Assembly (NCBI GenBank): GCA_030748775.1
Contig: JASMLH010000003.1
Coordinates: forward strand, 24,281-88,280
DNA from: Candidatus Thalassarchaeaceae archaeon
GTDB lineage: Archaea; Thermoplasmatota; Poseidoniia; Poseidoniales; Thalassarchaeaceae
DNA length: 64,000 nt
Direction of reading: 5' to 3'
Shown here: positions 48,201-58,029 of the stretch, one piece after another
Layout: each line of letters opens with the position of its first letter
Position numbering within the stretch: the stretch's first letter is position 1
Translations under genes and position numbers: made by a program
Notes under the pieces: generated by a model
The model's database searches: none
Seen by the model: only the letters and a program-made list of their open reading frames with translations
Told to the model about the DNA's origin: nothing

Positions 48201-50925
48201 CGGTTCCGACTCCCTAAAAAATCCCGACGGCGATGGTTTCGATTTGAACAATGATGGCATATTGGAAATTGGTGAGTCTTTTGTCAACTGGCTAGAATAT
48301 CACATCAAGTCAGAAATTCTTCTTCCATACAACACTGAATCTGGGATACCATATCCTGGAAACATTTCCACAGAATTGACTCATGAGTCATGGGAGGGTT
48401 TAGCCGGGGGGCCGTTTGGCGAATTTATTGGACAATACTACGAATCGCTTAGCTCTGGAATTCCTTTAGGTGATGTTGGCTCATCCGATCCTCTTTCCTC
48501 TGATTCGGATCGTGATGGCATGCCAGATGGTTGGGAGGTATTCCATGCCAGATGGGATCTGTTTGCACAAGAGTGGACATTGAATCCGGTTAATGGAGGG
48601 GATGGACTGGGTGATCCAGATCTAGATGGCATGTCTAATTGGGAAGAGTATAACTCAATTGATAGCCAGATTAGCGAGGCCGATGGAACAATTTCATCTC
48701 CTCAGTTTTATCTTACTGATGCTGCAGGGGTACTTCTCGAGACTCCTTGGATTGGAGCCGAGTCCGCCCTCTCCTTTGGCTCGTTTGTGACTGATGAACA
48801 GGCATTATTGACAGGTAGGACCGGAAATCCAAACAACCCCGACTCCGACGGGGATGGTCTACTGGACGGAGTGGAGTTGATATTCACTTCATGGAATTCT
48901 ACTGATGGGTTATGGACCCTGAACCCATTGGTTCCAAATGATGGAAACTATGACTCCGATGGAGATGGAATCAACGATATTGTTGAATTGAATCTTACAA
49001 CTAATAGTCCAATAAACGGAGCCAACTCACCACCAAGTGCCCCCCTATTCTGGGAAGAGGCAAGACTAATTGATCAAAATGAGTTCGAAAACAGAGTATA
49101 CCGTATTCTATTCAACAAGGAAGGTAGGGCCCACATAGCAATGGACCAGTATTATGAGTGGAGAGCCGGGGGTCCAGCAAAACCGATGATTGACTCCATT
49201 CTGGGAATTACCGATCCTAATGATGCCGACACAGATCGTGATGGCATGAGTGATGGATACGAGTATTGGTTTACCGAGTGGAATCTTGAACAGAACCATT
49301 GGACTATGAATCCACTTACTGACTCAGATGTGGATTTCGACTCTGATTCAGACTCTTTCGATTGTGATGGCGATGGAGAGATTTCAGACTCCGAATCATT
49401 CGACAATCTGGCTGAATACGACTCTAGGTGGTATGGAAAAAGGCTGGAAGTGGGCAATATGCCAAATGGGACTGGCCCCGTATCTTATGGGGATGATGCT
49501 GTATCAGCAATGGTGGATGAATTGCAACTATCCGAGGAGTCCGCTTGGGCTCAGATTTATTCCATGTTTGCATCTAAGAGTTCTAAATCGTTCGAGAAGA
49601 TTGGACTGATTAACGAGCTCGATCCTGACAACTTCAACAAAACACTGTCGGGGATCAGTGATCCAACCGACTCCGACTCCGATCAGGATGGAATGCCAGA
49701 CGGTTGGGAATACTGCTATTCGGTATATCGAGAAATATTGCCATCAAATAACCTACATTGGTCGCTAAACCCATTGAATCCCCTTGATGTTGATTATGAT
49801 CCCGATGCAGATGGTTGGTATGATAGGCAAATCTGGGACACTCCTGCTGAACAAGGAAAATGGGACTCCAGGGAATTCTCCCCTTACTCTGAAGACCTGC
49901 AGATTTCCAGTGGCACCTCAGAACTATACTTCACCAACATAATGGAGTTCGATAATGGGACATTGCCCCTTGAACCCGACTCAGACGGGGACTCTATTGC
50001 CATGAAGCCCGTATTTACTGATGGAGTGGTTACAGACTATCTCCAAGACTTCAGTCTGTCCGACGGACTTGAGTTGTTCAAGTATGGTACAAACCCTCTT
50101 GACAATGACACCGATGGGGATATGATGCCTGATTTCTATGAGCACTATAGGGGTTGGAATGAGACAAACGACAATTGGTCATCATTCATGAGAATAGAGG
50201 TTCAATGGTACGAGGTCACTCCGAACAACTGGAAACCAATCGACATAAAAAATGGGATTATTACAAGACCAGAACTTGATTGGACTTGGTTCACACATGA
50301 TCCCACGGACCCCAGCGACGCTACCCAGGATTCGGACAAAGATGGTGAGTGGGATTGCACGACTTCCGGTTGTGAATATGTCCCTTACAACAACTTCCAG
50401 GAATACTATGCAGTAGTAAATACGACCCTCTCTTCTCCATCGGTGGTCCGTGCTTCTACCCTATACGACTGCTCTGGACAGGACGTAGAGGAATGGTGGC
50501 AGCTTAGGGAGACGCTTCTCGGCACATGCTCCGGTACAAACTCTCTATCTACAAACTACCTTAGGATTAACAGAATTAACGATGGAGATCAACTTTATGC
50601 TCTGATCATCAATGATCACGACATCAGTTACGAGGATGTAAATTCAAGCAATGATGTAGTTATCTCAAATGGAGCATGGACCGATCAATACAATAGGCTG
50701 GCCGGCGATAGGTATCATCTGCCAAACCCTGCCTCCGGCGAGTATGCATTTGGGTGGTGGTTTCTGGACATCGATGGTGATTTAATCGCGGAAGGAACAG
50801 ACCCCACCAAGTGGGATACTGATGGGGACTGGCTGAACGACTTCTTCGAGATAGATGATGACTTAATTGATGGAATCAGGGGCAATAGCGGTTCGCCAAT
50901 TCGCTATGATGATCGGACAACTTGA
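45211..50925 (+). CDS. Very large secreted protein with roughly two dozen DxDxDG Ca-binding repeats and an internal beta-propeller-like region
   Basis: MRRKQSALLISFLILSSLAF signal after a GGTGA SD; repeated D(S/T)DxDG(M/L)PDGWE..GL(N/D)P; propeller-like blades LIIGSKYG, LLIGSNIG, LMIGTDVG, VWMGTGGG, VAVGSRDG; no C-terminal TM. Confidence 0.75.
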   Translation: MRRKQSALLISFLILSSLAFVSQTRPQSPVSSTDPTLAEGSESPVTDQDGDLIPDLYEVIFGEELLVDSPMIDMSIAGLDPSDSTDNTSDLDRDGLTALQEYCWPYTIDMCFEERNSLTGKPPEETSSGLREYLDPRNSDTDGDGLPDGYEVHMCTVGGLYKTNPNDPLNPNNFWECRYFDPLDPIDSVSDFDRCEADFSWGCGDGFDFNSNGFIDQGERFTNTEEYLFGSPSDWITERDGLWCAGEISGLVPGSCQIEFERPTGDSGWLGTDPRYSDSDYYSWDALVPDGLEILGDGIPDGWEFHHGLNPLNASDSIVDSDTDGWDLDGDGYVTPDITPGTALWGESFSNYEEYAIDYDENTGVIPGLRGVKATGQNEPILSYDHSTAISIVDPAIHSIISDQARERLIIGSKYGITVLDPFRGTTSEFNFAPGLESLTIARQFVGDSDFLLIGSNIGIHMVMMENGLPVMGSIQSSEIGQVSEILTLKSSSENIDLILMGSSNAWKMSLDGALSGPSEPMDITIIQSLSHLLGDSNATAFSSAHIEMPGRSPMLMIGTDVGLIAWNTSDGSESMGLPWWIFNRANSEDFVTPNILDSSKSSSVNVIEVVTNSDGTNDVWMGTGGGLHLIDLDIIISQPERAFQNERMLNIDGLLTGANDVHSIMQLDGMVAVGSRDGTWCLEGGPSGILGLYYNQTEIPGLVSSMATLESEGESWLFVGVSPGRFMNIAPMNPHSSDSDLDGMPDGWEFAYGLDPTDPFDATRDLDADGVSIEWGGQIEYNRLWSNLDEYRFVSTSDGGFNGTDPRNLDSDGDGLTDGEEYWGWFVDSTNFDCHYLNGEYACDESLGFSSREVHLGGWLGTGSGGGSDTPTDPTNPDSDGDGMPDGWEIRHRRWVGDVYTGGNEWTLDPGDPTDANKDADGDGLTNICEYQWEARRSLAISSGLMSHGENSEYAKEWIPTDPNSVDSDQDSLPDGWEARYSCHWPAENSGINPMNGSDSLKNPDGDGFDLNNDGILEIGESFVNWLEYHIKSEILLPYNTESGIPYPGNISTELTHESWEGLAGGPFGEFIGQYYESLSSGIPLGDVGSSDPLSSDSDRDGMPDGWEVFHARWDLFAQEWTLNPVNGGDGLGDPDLDGMSNWEEYNSIDSQISEADGTISSPQFYLTDAAGVLLETPWIGAESALSFGSFVTDEQALLTGRTGNPNNPDSDGDGLLDGVELIFTSWNSTDGLWTLNPLVPNDGNYDSDGDGINDIVELNLTTNSPINGANSPPSAPLFWEEARLIDQNEFENRVYRILFNKEGRAHIAMDQYYEWRAGGPAKPMIDSILGITDPNDADTDRDGMSDGYEYWFTEWNLEQNHWTMNPLTDSDVDFDSDSDSFDCDGDGEISDSESFDNLAEYDSRWYGKRLEVGNMPNGTGPVSYGDDAVSAMVDELQLSEESAWAQIYSMFASKSSKSFEKIGLINELDPDNFNKTLSGISDPTDSDSDQDGMPDGWEYCYSVYREILPSNNLHWSLNPLNPLDVDYDPDADGWYDRQIWDTPAEQGKWDSREFSPYSEDLQISSGTSELYFTNIMEFDNGTLPLEPDSDGDSIAMKPVFTDGVVTDYLQDFSLSDGLELFKYGTNPLDNDTDGDMMPDFYEHYRGWNETNDNWSSFMRIEVQWYEVTPNNWKPIDIKNGIITRPELDWTWFTHDPTDPSDATQDSDKDGEWDCTTSGCEYVPYNNFQEYYAVVNTTLSSPSVVRASTLYDCSGQDVEEWWQLRETLLGTCSGTNSLSTNYLRINRINDGDQLYALIINDHDISYEDVNSSNDVVISNGAWTDQYNRLAGDRYHLPNPASGEYAFGWWFLDIDGDLIAEGTDPTKWDTDGDWLNDFFEIDDDLIDGIRGNSGSPIRYDDRTT

Positions 50926-50964
50926 TTTCAATCAATTCATTTGCAACGGCCCCATCTGGGAGAC

Positions 50965-51438
50965 ATGGCAGGACTTGAGGGCGAATCTCCAAGCCCCAAT
51001 TCTACCCTAGAAGAAAAACTCCTGTTCTTGCAGGGCAATATGGTCAGTTTCATTTCACAGTATAGTATGCCCATAATCGAGGTTTCTTTGGTAGTTTCAA
51101 AATATCTCAAGATCATTTCCGATTCTCTAGAAAAAAATGCTGCAGAACACGGCGAAGAAATCTCACAATTCCTTAACCGTCCATCAACAAATACGATTTC
51201 AGAACAGGAAAAGGCAATTTCTGAATTTCCCATAAATTCCCTAATCGAAAGGACAGATAAAGACCGGATGGACATTTTCGACACAATCCTACGTACTTCG
51301 ATAAACAGGACAGAACTACCTTTCGTGAATGCCCTAGCACTACTAAGGGACTGGGAAAAGATGATCCGGACCCAGCTTTCTAGTGCTTCAAGCCCGGGAC
51401 ATCTGTTCAGTCCACTAGACATCCCTGAGGGATTCTAG
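50965..51438 (+). CDS. Hypothetical helical protein
   Basis: Uninterrupted ORF between recognised genes with protein-like composition; ATG 50965 preferred. Confidence 0.55.
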   Translation: MAGLEGESPSPNSTLEEKLLFLQGNMVSFISQYSMPIIEVSLVVSKYLKIISDSLEKNAAEHGEEISQFLNRPSTNTISEQEKAISEFPINSLIERTDKDRMDIFDTILRTSINRTELPFVNALALLRDWEKMIRTQLSSASSPGHLFSPLDIPEGF

Positions 51439-51786
51439 ACTTGCCTTGTTCTTAGCCGTGGCCACGATGCCACTGGAAACCCACCATGCATCAGCGATTG
51501 ACCAAACGTACAGCACTGGCCAAAGTACCAATGATAGGATGAGTGGAAACTGGATTAGAAACCACTCGGAAGCCTTCCTGTGCTGCCGGTTGAAGTGTTG
51601 GCCGAGAAAAAGTAGTGGAATGGCTGCTAGGGCTACAGCAAATATTGGCCTTGCGGCCCCCCAAGGACCAATGCCCCCGCTCAGCTCCGCCCAAATTGCA
51701 GAGAAGACCCCAAGGGCGCTGGAATCATCCTCGTATTCTGGCTCTAGTTGAACCACGTACTCATCGGCCACGTTCGTTGCCAACAT
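51415..51786 (-). CDS. Hypothetical membrane protein
   Basis: Two to three hydrophobic segments (IFAVALAAIPLLFLG; FLIQFPLILSLVLWPVLYVW). Confidence 0.6.
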   Translation of the reverse strand: MLATNVADEYVVQLEPEYEDDSSALGVFSAIWAELSGGIGPWGAARPIFAVALAAIPLLFLGQHFNRQHRKASEWFLIQFPLILSLVLWPVLYVWSIADAWWVSSGIVATAKNKASLESLRDV

Positions 51787-51856
51787 TTGGGACTGAAGAA
51801 TATGACGTCTCCCAAAGCATAGAAAGTGAGAACTATCGAGTAACTATCCGAAAGCC

Positions 51857-52447
51857 ATGAGTCTCCCAAGACTCCTGCTTACCGGTTTCGAACCATTTTC
51901 AAACTTCACCGAGAATATCTCAATGTTAATTGTAGATGAGATTGCAACTAGGGGGATCAATGGAGTAGAAATCAAAGCACTCATTTTGACCGTGGATGAG
52001 AATGGTTCTATGTTGCCCTCGGAAATTATTGAAGGAAATGAGAATTTTTCAGCAATACTACAATTGGGATTTTCATCCGGTTCAGATGTTGTTAAAATCG
52101 AAAAAATTGGTAGAAACGAGTACGATATGAGAATTCCGGACAATTCGGGAAGGAGAATTGAAAATGGCCCGATTATTGCAAATGGTCCAGCAGAAATATC
52201 CACTAACTCACCGATCAGCTCAATTGAATTGGCCATTGGCGATTCAGATTTCGTGTCTTGGAGTATGGATGCGGGTGGATTTGTATGCAATGAGACATAT
52301 TTCAGGACGTTAATGGCGGTTTCCACGTCATATGAGCCAAAAACGCCCGTGCTTTTCGTGCATCTCCCGGATAAGGAAGCCGTAACCCTAGATTTGCAGT
52401 TGGAATTGGTTAAGAAGATCTCAAAATGCCTATGCGGAATCATCTGA
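51857..52447 (+). CDS. pcp: Pyroglutamyl-peptidase I (C15)
   Basis: LLLTGFEPF, IEKIGRN (Glu), DAGGFVCN (Cys), FVHLP (His). Confidence 0.9.
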   Translation: MSLPRLLLTGFEPFSNFTENISMLIVDEIATRGINGVEIKALILTVDENGSMLPSEIIEGNENFSAILQLGFSSGSDVVKIEKIGRNEYDMRIPDNSGRRIENGPIIANGPAEISTNSPISSIELAIGDSDFVSWSMDAGGFVCNETYFRTLMAVSTSYEPKTPVLFVHLPDKEAVTLDLQLELVKKISKCLCGII

Positions 52448-52951
52448 TTTCATCGTCCGACGCCCTTTCGAGTCGAACCACTCTTTTGGCTCTCCCTCTG
52501 CTGTCATGGCGAGCTCGTCTCCAGTGCTTCTAGGGACTCCTTCTCTTCCGTTATGCCAGGTTTGCTGTTCCAGCCAAATCTCCAAGTCATCCCCTTCTAT
52601 TTTCACATCAATTGTCCCGCCAAAAGTCATTTCTTGAAATGCGAATGAGGCTTTTCCAACAAATGATGATTGCCTCGAAAGTCGGAATTTTGCCATACCC
52701 CTTTCCATTTCCATTCCCATTGCATCCATGGCAGTGTCCAATACTCTTCTTTCTCTAAGGATAGAAATCAAATTCCCTATTGAATCAACCCTGCCTGAAA
52801 TCATTACCTCTCCTCTCTTTATGGGAAAAACATCCGAAATAGGAACTGTGTCTGGAACCCATTCTGGAAAAATTGAGCGAACTGAATCAATTACCTTTTC
52901 CGGACTCTCATGAGGTCTAATCAGAGTCGATATGGTCACAGCCGGTTCCAT
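52430..52951 (-). CDS. UPF0201/DUF54-like putative RNA-binding protein
   Basis: I.PHESPEKV..SV..IFP, RRVLDTA, FRLSRQ..FVGKASF, GTIDVKIE; ATG 52951 preferred. Confidence 0.6.
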   Translation of the reverse strand: MEPAVTISTLIRPHESPEKVIDSVRSIFPEWVPDTVPISDVFPIKRGEVMISGRVDSIGNLISILRERRVLDTAMDAMGMEMERGMAKFRLSRQSSFVGKASFAFQEMTFGGTIDVKIEGDDLEIWLEQQTWHNGREGVPRSTGDELAMTAEGEPKEWFDSKGRRTMKSDDSA

Positions 52952-53041
52952 GACGAAGCCACATGACTTCAGGTAAAGAGTGCTACTGAATTTTCCTCCT
53001 TTACACGAATAATTCAAACGGGCTTCTTATGGCCATCATAC

Positions 53042-53791
53042 ATGGCGGCTAGGTCATCATACGTTTCCCTTGCACTACTCGTTTTGCCTACGTTGCTCTT
53101 AGCCTCTTTCAGGCTCCTTTCCCCGGAATTTAGTGAAGCCCTCTCCAATGATATCATCATTGAATCATTGGCCCATGCTCTAGCCTTGGGGGTCGGCCTA
53201 TTCGCAATTCTGAGATACAGGTTTGTTGAGGATCACGAATACCATAGGGCAAGGGCAATAGATCGGCTCTCCAGAACATACAGACAGGAAGATAGGGGAC
53301 TCTGGGAAAAGGGAGAATCCGCAATTGAGCGACTAGAAGCTAGGGCTTATTCCGACTTTAAAGGTAGAGGAGCAGCTGTAGCAAGGCAGAGGATGCAGAG
53401 TAGTATTGGCGAAATTAACCGGGAGTCGATAGAGGTTGAGCAAACTGAGGAAGAGCAATCCTCGTTTTCGATAATAGTAGATGGGGTCGAACAAAGTGCA
53501 GAACAAAGCGAAGACGTTTCCGAAAACAAAGGAAGCTTGATTTCTAGATGGTCAAACAAACTTTCTGATGCAATAGAGAGAACAGCCTCTAGGAGAACTG
53601 AACGATCCAAGAAGGAAAAAGAAGAGGAAATAGAGGTAGGCAATGGCAAGGCGCCTCCTTCCATCGGTTCACAGTGGATGGTTCCAGAGGAGCCTGCTTC
53701 ATCAAAGCCCACCAGAATATGCAGTGATTGTGGAATGTACAACTATCCAAGTGCAGATTATTGTACATCTTGTGGCTCGTACATCGGCTGA
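53042..53791 (+). CDS. Membrane protein with a C-terminal zinc ribbon
   Basis: Two N-terminal TM helices, charged linker, CSDC..N..CTSCG. Confidence 0.65.
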   Translation: MAARSSYVSLALLVLPTLLLASFRLLSPEFSEALSNDIIIESLAHALALGVGLFAILRYRFVEDHEYHRARAIDRLSRTYRQEDRGLWEKGESAIERLEARAYSDFKGRGAAVARQRMQSSIGEINRESIEVEQTEEEQSSFSIIVDGVEQSAEQSEDVSENKGSLISRWSNKLSDAIERTASRRTERSKKEKEEEIEVGNGKAPPSIGSQWMVPEEPASSKPTRICSDCGMYNYPSADYCTSCGSYIG

Positions 53792-53838
53792 ATGGGGAAC
53801 GGTTGATAGGACCCTGTCATGAGCCTCAACTAGGTGGG

Positions 53839-54984
53839 ATGATGGCAGATAAGAGAGATTACTACGATGTCCTGGGTCTTGAAAAGAACTCATCGGAGAC
53901 CGAAATAAAGTCGGCTTTCCGTTCTCTTGCCCGAAAACACCATCCCGACAAGAATCCCGATGATCCAGATTCAGAGAGAAGATTCAAGGAAATACAAGAG
54001 GCATATGCTATATTGTCCAATCCCCAAGAAAGGCGTAAATACGACATGTTCGGGCACGACAGACCAGGTGGTTCGCCATTCGGTTCCAGCGGTTTCCAAG
54101 GCGTCAATATCAGCTTCGACGACCTATTCGGCGGCGGTTTCGAGTCGATTTTCAGTCAGTTCTTTGGGGACTCGCATAGCAACTCATCTAAGGGATCAGA
54201 TTTGCTGGTGCGTCACTCTGTTCCATTTCAGGCAGCATTCCAAGGAATGGATGACGAACTTGAGATTGAGGTTCTGAAGGAATGCAATGAGTGCGGGGGA
54301 ACCGGTTCAAGGAATCCCGAAGGCTCTAGGCTATGTCCGACATGTGATGGCCGAGGGAGAATAGACGAGATTTCGATGATCGGACCATTCAGGCAACGTG
54401 TTAGAAAGGAATGTTCACCCTGCCGAGGTTCGGGTAGGATAGTTTCCGATCCTTGCAAGGGATGTAGGGGTGATGGGAGATCACGCCAATCAATAAAGGT
54501 CAAGTTTTCAATCCGTCCTGGAATAAGTTCGGGAAGCCGTCTGAGGATGAGGGGCCAGGGTGAGGCATCAACATCGATGAATGGGAGTCCGGGGGATCTT
54601 TACATCGAAATCGATGTAGACCCCCATCCCTGGTTCGAAAGAGACGGTGGCGATCTATTGATGGCCCTTCCCCTAAGTTATGCTGACTTGCTTCTAGGGA
54701 CTACAGTGGAGCTACCCCACATCGATAATGAATCTCTGAAGGTCAAGGTCCCCTCTGGTTCCATTCCCGGAGAAACAATAACTATCCGTGGACGTGGTCT
54801 CCCAAATCCCCTTTCTTCAAAGAGAAGAGGCAATGTCACAGTCGTCCTAAAGCTGGAATTGCCGAAGAAACCTTCTCGTTCAACAACAAAGAGCATCAGG
54901 GAGTTAAGGGAACAAATGGAATCCGAACTCCCAAATTTGGAAGATCGCGTAAGAGGAGACGCAAGCAAAAGGAGAAAGTCCTGA
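53839..54984 (+). CDS. dnaJ: Chaperone DnaJ
   Basis: KRDYYDVLG, HPD motif, G/F region, four CxxCxGxG motifs (CNECGGTG, CPTCDGRG, CSPCRGSG, CKGCRGDG), GDLYI, FERDGGDL. ATG 53839 or 53842 preferred. Confidence 0.97.
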   Translation: MMADKRDYYDVLGLEKNSSETEIKSAFRSLARKHHPDKNPDDPDSERRFKEIQEAYAILSNPQERRKYDMFGHDRPGGSPFGSSGFQGVNISFDDLFGGGFESIFSQFFGDSHSNSSKGSDLLVRHSVPFQAAFQGMDDELEIEVLKECNECGGTGSRNPEGSRLCPTCDGRGRIDEISMIGPFRQRVRKECSPCRGSGRIVSDPCKGCRGDGRSRQSIKVKFSIRPGISSGSRLRMRGQGEASTSMNGSPGDLYIEIDVDPHPWFERDGGDLLMALPLSYADLLLGTTVELPHIDNESLKVKVPSGSIPGETITIRGRGLPNPLSSKRRGNVTVVLKLELPKKPSRSTTKSIRELREQMESELPNLEDRVRGDASKRRKS

Positions 54985-56112
54985 TTATTCTTCTTCAATT
55001 TGTTTTATCGAATCGTTCGGGGAGGATGCCACTGGTATTCCGTCTACGATTCCAGACAGATGGAATCTAATTTCTTTTACACTACCAAGAATAATTATCC
55101 TCAGGAAATTTTCTTCATCGGGCTCGAGCGAATTCAGAAACACCTCGTCATTTTGAAACATATGTTCTGGCTCAACACTTGAGATTTCCACTCTTTCTCC
55201 ATGTGGGGAATATGCCCTTATAGCCGCCATGTCCCATCTTTTTCCGCTGACCTTGATCCCTATTCCAAATTCTCCTAGCACAGAAGTAGTCCAAATCAGG
55301 GTTTCTGAATTGTCGGTTTTGTAATTGATTTTCGGGATTCCAAACTCTCGAACGAAATACTCCCACGAATCGTCTCCAAGATTCTTAAGAGATCTTTCTA
55401 TCAGTCCCTTGTCCACCAAAGCCCCCTCCTCATCCTCGAACCTCTTCCTTAGCGAGGCAAGCACCCCTATCTCCTGATTGTCAATCCCACTAGATTCCTT
55501 CTCCGCCAGCCACTGATTTCTGTTCCACCAAAGCACAGTAAGAAAAGGAAGCAATAGAAAAACTCCTGCAAAGATGTAGAAATTCATGAACATCCACGAT
55601 AGGTCTTCAAACTCTTGTCGTTCGTTCAGAGCCGGCCCTTTGTCGATTAATCTAAACGAATAATTCACTTCCTGTCCGGAATCTCCTTGATTCTCAACTC
55701 TGACCGCATGATAACCCATGGAAAGATTCATTTCACCAGATTTTCCATTCTCGGAGTCATTTGATTTTTGAATACTAACCGACTCTTCAATCTTCCAGCT
55801 GGTCTGGTTTAGTGACTGAATCTGGATACTCCCTTCGCTACTGGAAACAATCTCAACTCTCGTTCCGTTTGAAGAACTAATCTTCAACGCGAAAATATCC
55901 ACTGAGTCGTTTTCTGAAAATCCTCCGTTTACTTGGAAACCAACAAAGATTACTTGCCATCCATGGTCAGGGCTATCCTCTCCCCATATTGAGTCAGGAG
56001 CATCGACAATTTCCTGAGTAATCTGGATAATTTCAGACTCTTGCTCTGCATAAGAGACATGAGAAAGCAGCACAAACACTGCAATTGATGATGCCAAGAG
56101 AACACCCCTCAT
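54985..56112 (-). CDS. Membrane-anchored hypothetical protein (signal, PPC-like extracellular domain, central TM)
   Basis: Signal peptide; DSVDIFAL..LSMGYHAVRVEN resembles a PPC beta-domain; TM WMFMNFYIFAGVFLLLPFLTVLWW. Confidence 0.55.
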   Translation of the reverse strand: MRGVLLASSIAVFVLLSHVSYAEQESEIIQITQEIVDAPDSIWGEDSPDHGWQVIFVGFQVNGGFSENDSVDIFALKISSSNGTRVEIVSSSEGSIQIQSLNQTSWKIEESVSIQKSNDSENGKSGEMNLSMGYHAVRVENQGDSGQEVNYSFRLIDKGPALNERQEFEDLSWMFMNFYIFAGVFLLLPFLTVLWWNRNQWLAEKESSGIDNQEIGVLASLRKRFEDEEGALVDKGLIERSLKNLGDDSWEYFVREFGIPKINYKTDNSETLIWTTSVLGEFGIGIKVSGKRWDMAAIRAYSPHGERVEISSVEPEHMFQNDEVFLNSLEPDEENFLRIIILGSVKEIRFHLSGIVDGIPVASSPNDSIKQIEEE

Positions 56113-56172
56113 TATTGCCCGGATGGCGTCTATGTTTAGAATCCTTCAAGCGAAACTCATCCATGGGGGTGC

Positions 56173-57954
56173 ATGGGCGAGCGAGCACTTGGGAGGGATG
56201 TAGTTTCCAGGAATCGTTTTGCACGACTTTTCTCGGTGGGAGATAGAAGAAATCCAAATTCATGGACTCCGGGCCTGATACTCTCGGAAGACGAACCGGA
56301 TTTACCGTTGGCTTTCGCCCCTTTCTCTATTTCCCGAAACTCCGACGGGCTCCCAGCCAAGTCTGTAATTTCAACTCGCTCAAATCTTTGTTTCCCCTTC
56401 GACTCTTTGGATAGATGGGAGATGGAAGAAGGACTAGTCCTACCTCCAAGTCTTGTGGAATCAGACTCCGGCGAGTTCGGTGATGGGATTGAGTTGCTGC
56501 CCATTTCTTGGAATTCGTTGCATCACGATGAAAGAATTGCCACTATAGATTTCCAACCGTCCATAGTGGTTCTAACGGATTCTCCGCAACTAGCCAACCT
56601 TCCCGGTATGCTCGAAAGGGCTTTGCTTACCATCCGAAAAAATTTCCCAGCCTCATTGGTTTGGACTCCAGGAATAGCGGGGCCAGACAACTGTGCACTA
56701 TTGTCATGGATGGGTGTGGACTTATTCGATTTGTCACGATCTAGGCATGCGTCTTCTCTCGGAGTATTACTTACTGAGGCCGGCCCTAGGCTTCCAGAGG
56801 AGACCTCGGGCGAGGATTCATCGATGAAATCTCAATGCGAACACTGGTTGTCCGCAATTTCCCAATCTAGAGCAGCAATTCGCAATGGTTCACTTAGGGA
56901 ACTTGCAGAAAGAAGCTCTACATCCAGCCCCCGATCTGTAGAGCACCTTCGCTGGCATGATCGATTGTCTTGTGAGATTTCTAATGAGATAGGGATACTT
57001 CCAATGAGCGAGAATATCGGAGGGAAGCTAAGGTGCTACTCCTTTGAAAGTAGAAATGACCCAGTAGTGAAGGATTGGAGGACTAGGGTCGCAGATAACC
57101 ACATGCCCCCTGAACATCAAAGGAAGATACTGGTTCTATTGCCCTGCTCGGCAAAGAAGCCATACAAATTGTCCCAGAGCCATTCTAGGTTCAGGAGGTC
57201 ACTGAGGAGCCCGTATGTCCATGAGGTGATGGTAACTGCTCCCTTGGGACTGGTACCTAGAGAACTGGAAGAAATTTGGCCCGCTGCTCACTATGATATT
57301 CCAGTGACCGGAGAATGGGATTCCGATGAGTTGGATTATATTCGATATATGGTATCCAGACTAGTAGAAAGGGTGGGCTACTCATCAATTGTAAACCATT
57401 CAGGAGTTGATTTCGAGATAGAAGGAATCGATATTGTTGACACTAGGAAAGGAGAAACGGCGGGGTCAAAAAGTGCTCTTTCAAGACTTGAAAATGAAGT
57501 TGAGGGTGCACTGGAAAATACTGAATTGATGGAATTCCAGGAAAGACATAGGATGATGGTATTGAAGTCAATTTCTAGATTCTTGCTCGACTCTGACTCT
57601 TGGTTAGATGGTTCTGAAATTCGTGGAAGACCACCAATCCTGACCATTTTCTCTAATGGGGTCCAGATAGCAAAGTGGAATCCTAGGAGGGGGATGTTCT
57701 CGTTTTCAAAGTCAAGCCTTGAGTTATTGGATGAATTGGGAGTTCTCAAGAGGATTGTTCTGAATGACGAAGTCTCCTGGTCGGGAGATATATTCCCCAG
57801 CTACATTGACTCGTTCGATCCGATGATTAGGGCTGGGGAAGAACTTCTGGTTTTCCAGAAATCTAGATTGGTTGGTTCTGCCAGATCTGTTGCTCCGGGT
57901 TGGGAATGGCCTCATGGGCCCGGTAAGTTGGCAAAGGCAAAGCACCGTCTGTGA
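56173..57954 (+). CDS. arcS: Archaeosine synthase subunit (ArcS-like: degenerate TGT domain, DUF5591, PUA)
   Basis: LLPCSAKKPYKLSQSH matches the ArcS PCS..KPY..S..H motif; VTAPLGLVPRELE..PAAHYDIPVTGEW; PUA-like C-terminus (IRAGEELLV..LVGSA). Confidence 0.85.
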   Translation: MGERALGRDVVSRNRFARLFSVGDRRNPNSWTPGLILSEDEPDLPLAFAPFSISRNSDGLPAKSVISTRSNLCFPFDSLDRWEMEEGLVLPPSLVESDSGEFGDGIELLPISWNSLHHDERIATIDFQPSIVVLTDSPQLANLPGMLERALLTIRKNFPASLVWTPGIAGPDNCALLSWMGVDLFDLSRSRHASSLGVLLTEAGPRLPEETSGEDSSMKSQCEHWLSAISQSRAAIRNGSLRELAERSSTSSPRSVEHLRWHDRLSCEISNEIGILPMSENIGGKLRCYSFESRNDPVVKDWRTRVADNHMPPEHQRKILVLLPCSAKKPYKLSQSHSRFRRSLRSPYVHEVMVTAPLGLVPRELEEIWPAAHYDIPVTGEWDSDELDYIRYMVSRLVERVGYSSIVNHSGVDFEIEGIDIVDTRKGETAGSKSALSRLENEVEGALENTELMEFQERHRMMVLKSISRFLLDSDSWLDGSEIRGRPPILTIFSNGVQIAKWNPRRGMFSFSKSSLELLDELGVLKRIVLNDEVSWSGDIFPSYIDSFDPMIRAGEELLVFQKSRLVGSARSVAPGWEWPHGPGKLAKAKHRL

Positions 57955-58029
57955 CTAATTTTCTTCCGATAATTGCTACGTAGTGGTTAAAGAGGGAGAG
58001 TATTTCGCCCGGCTGCCCGAGGTACAGAC

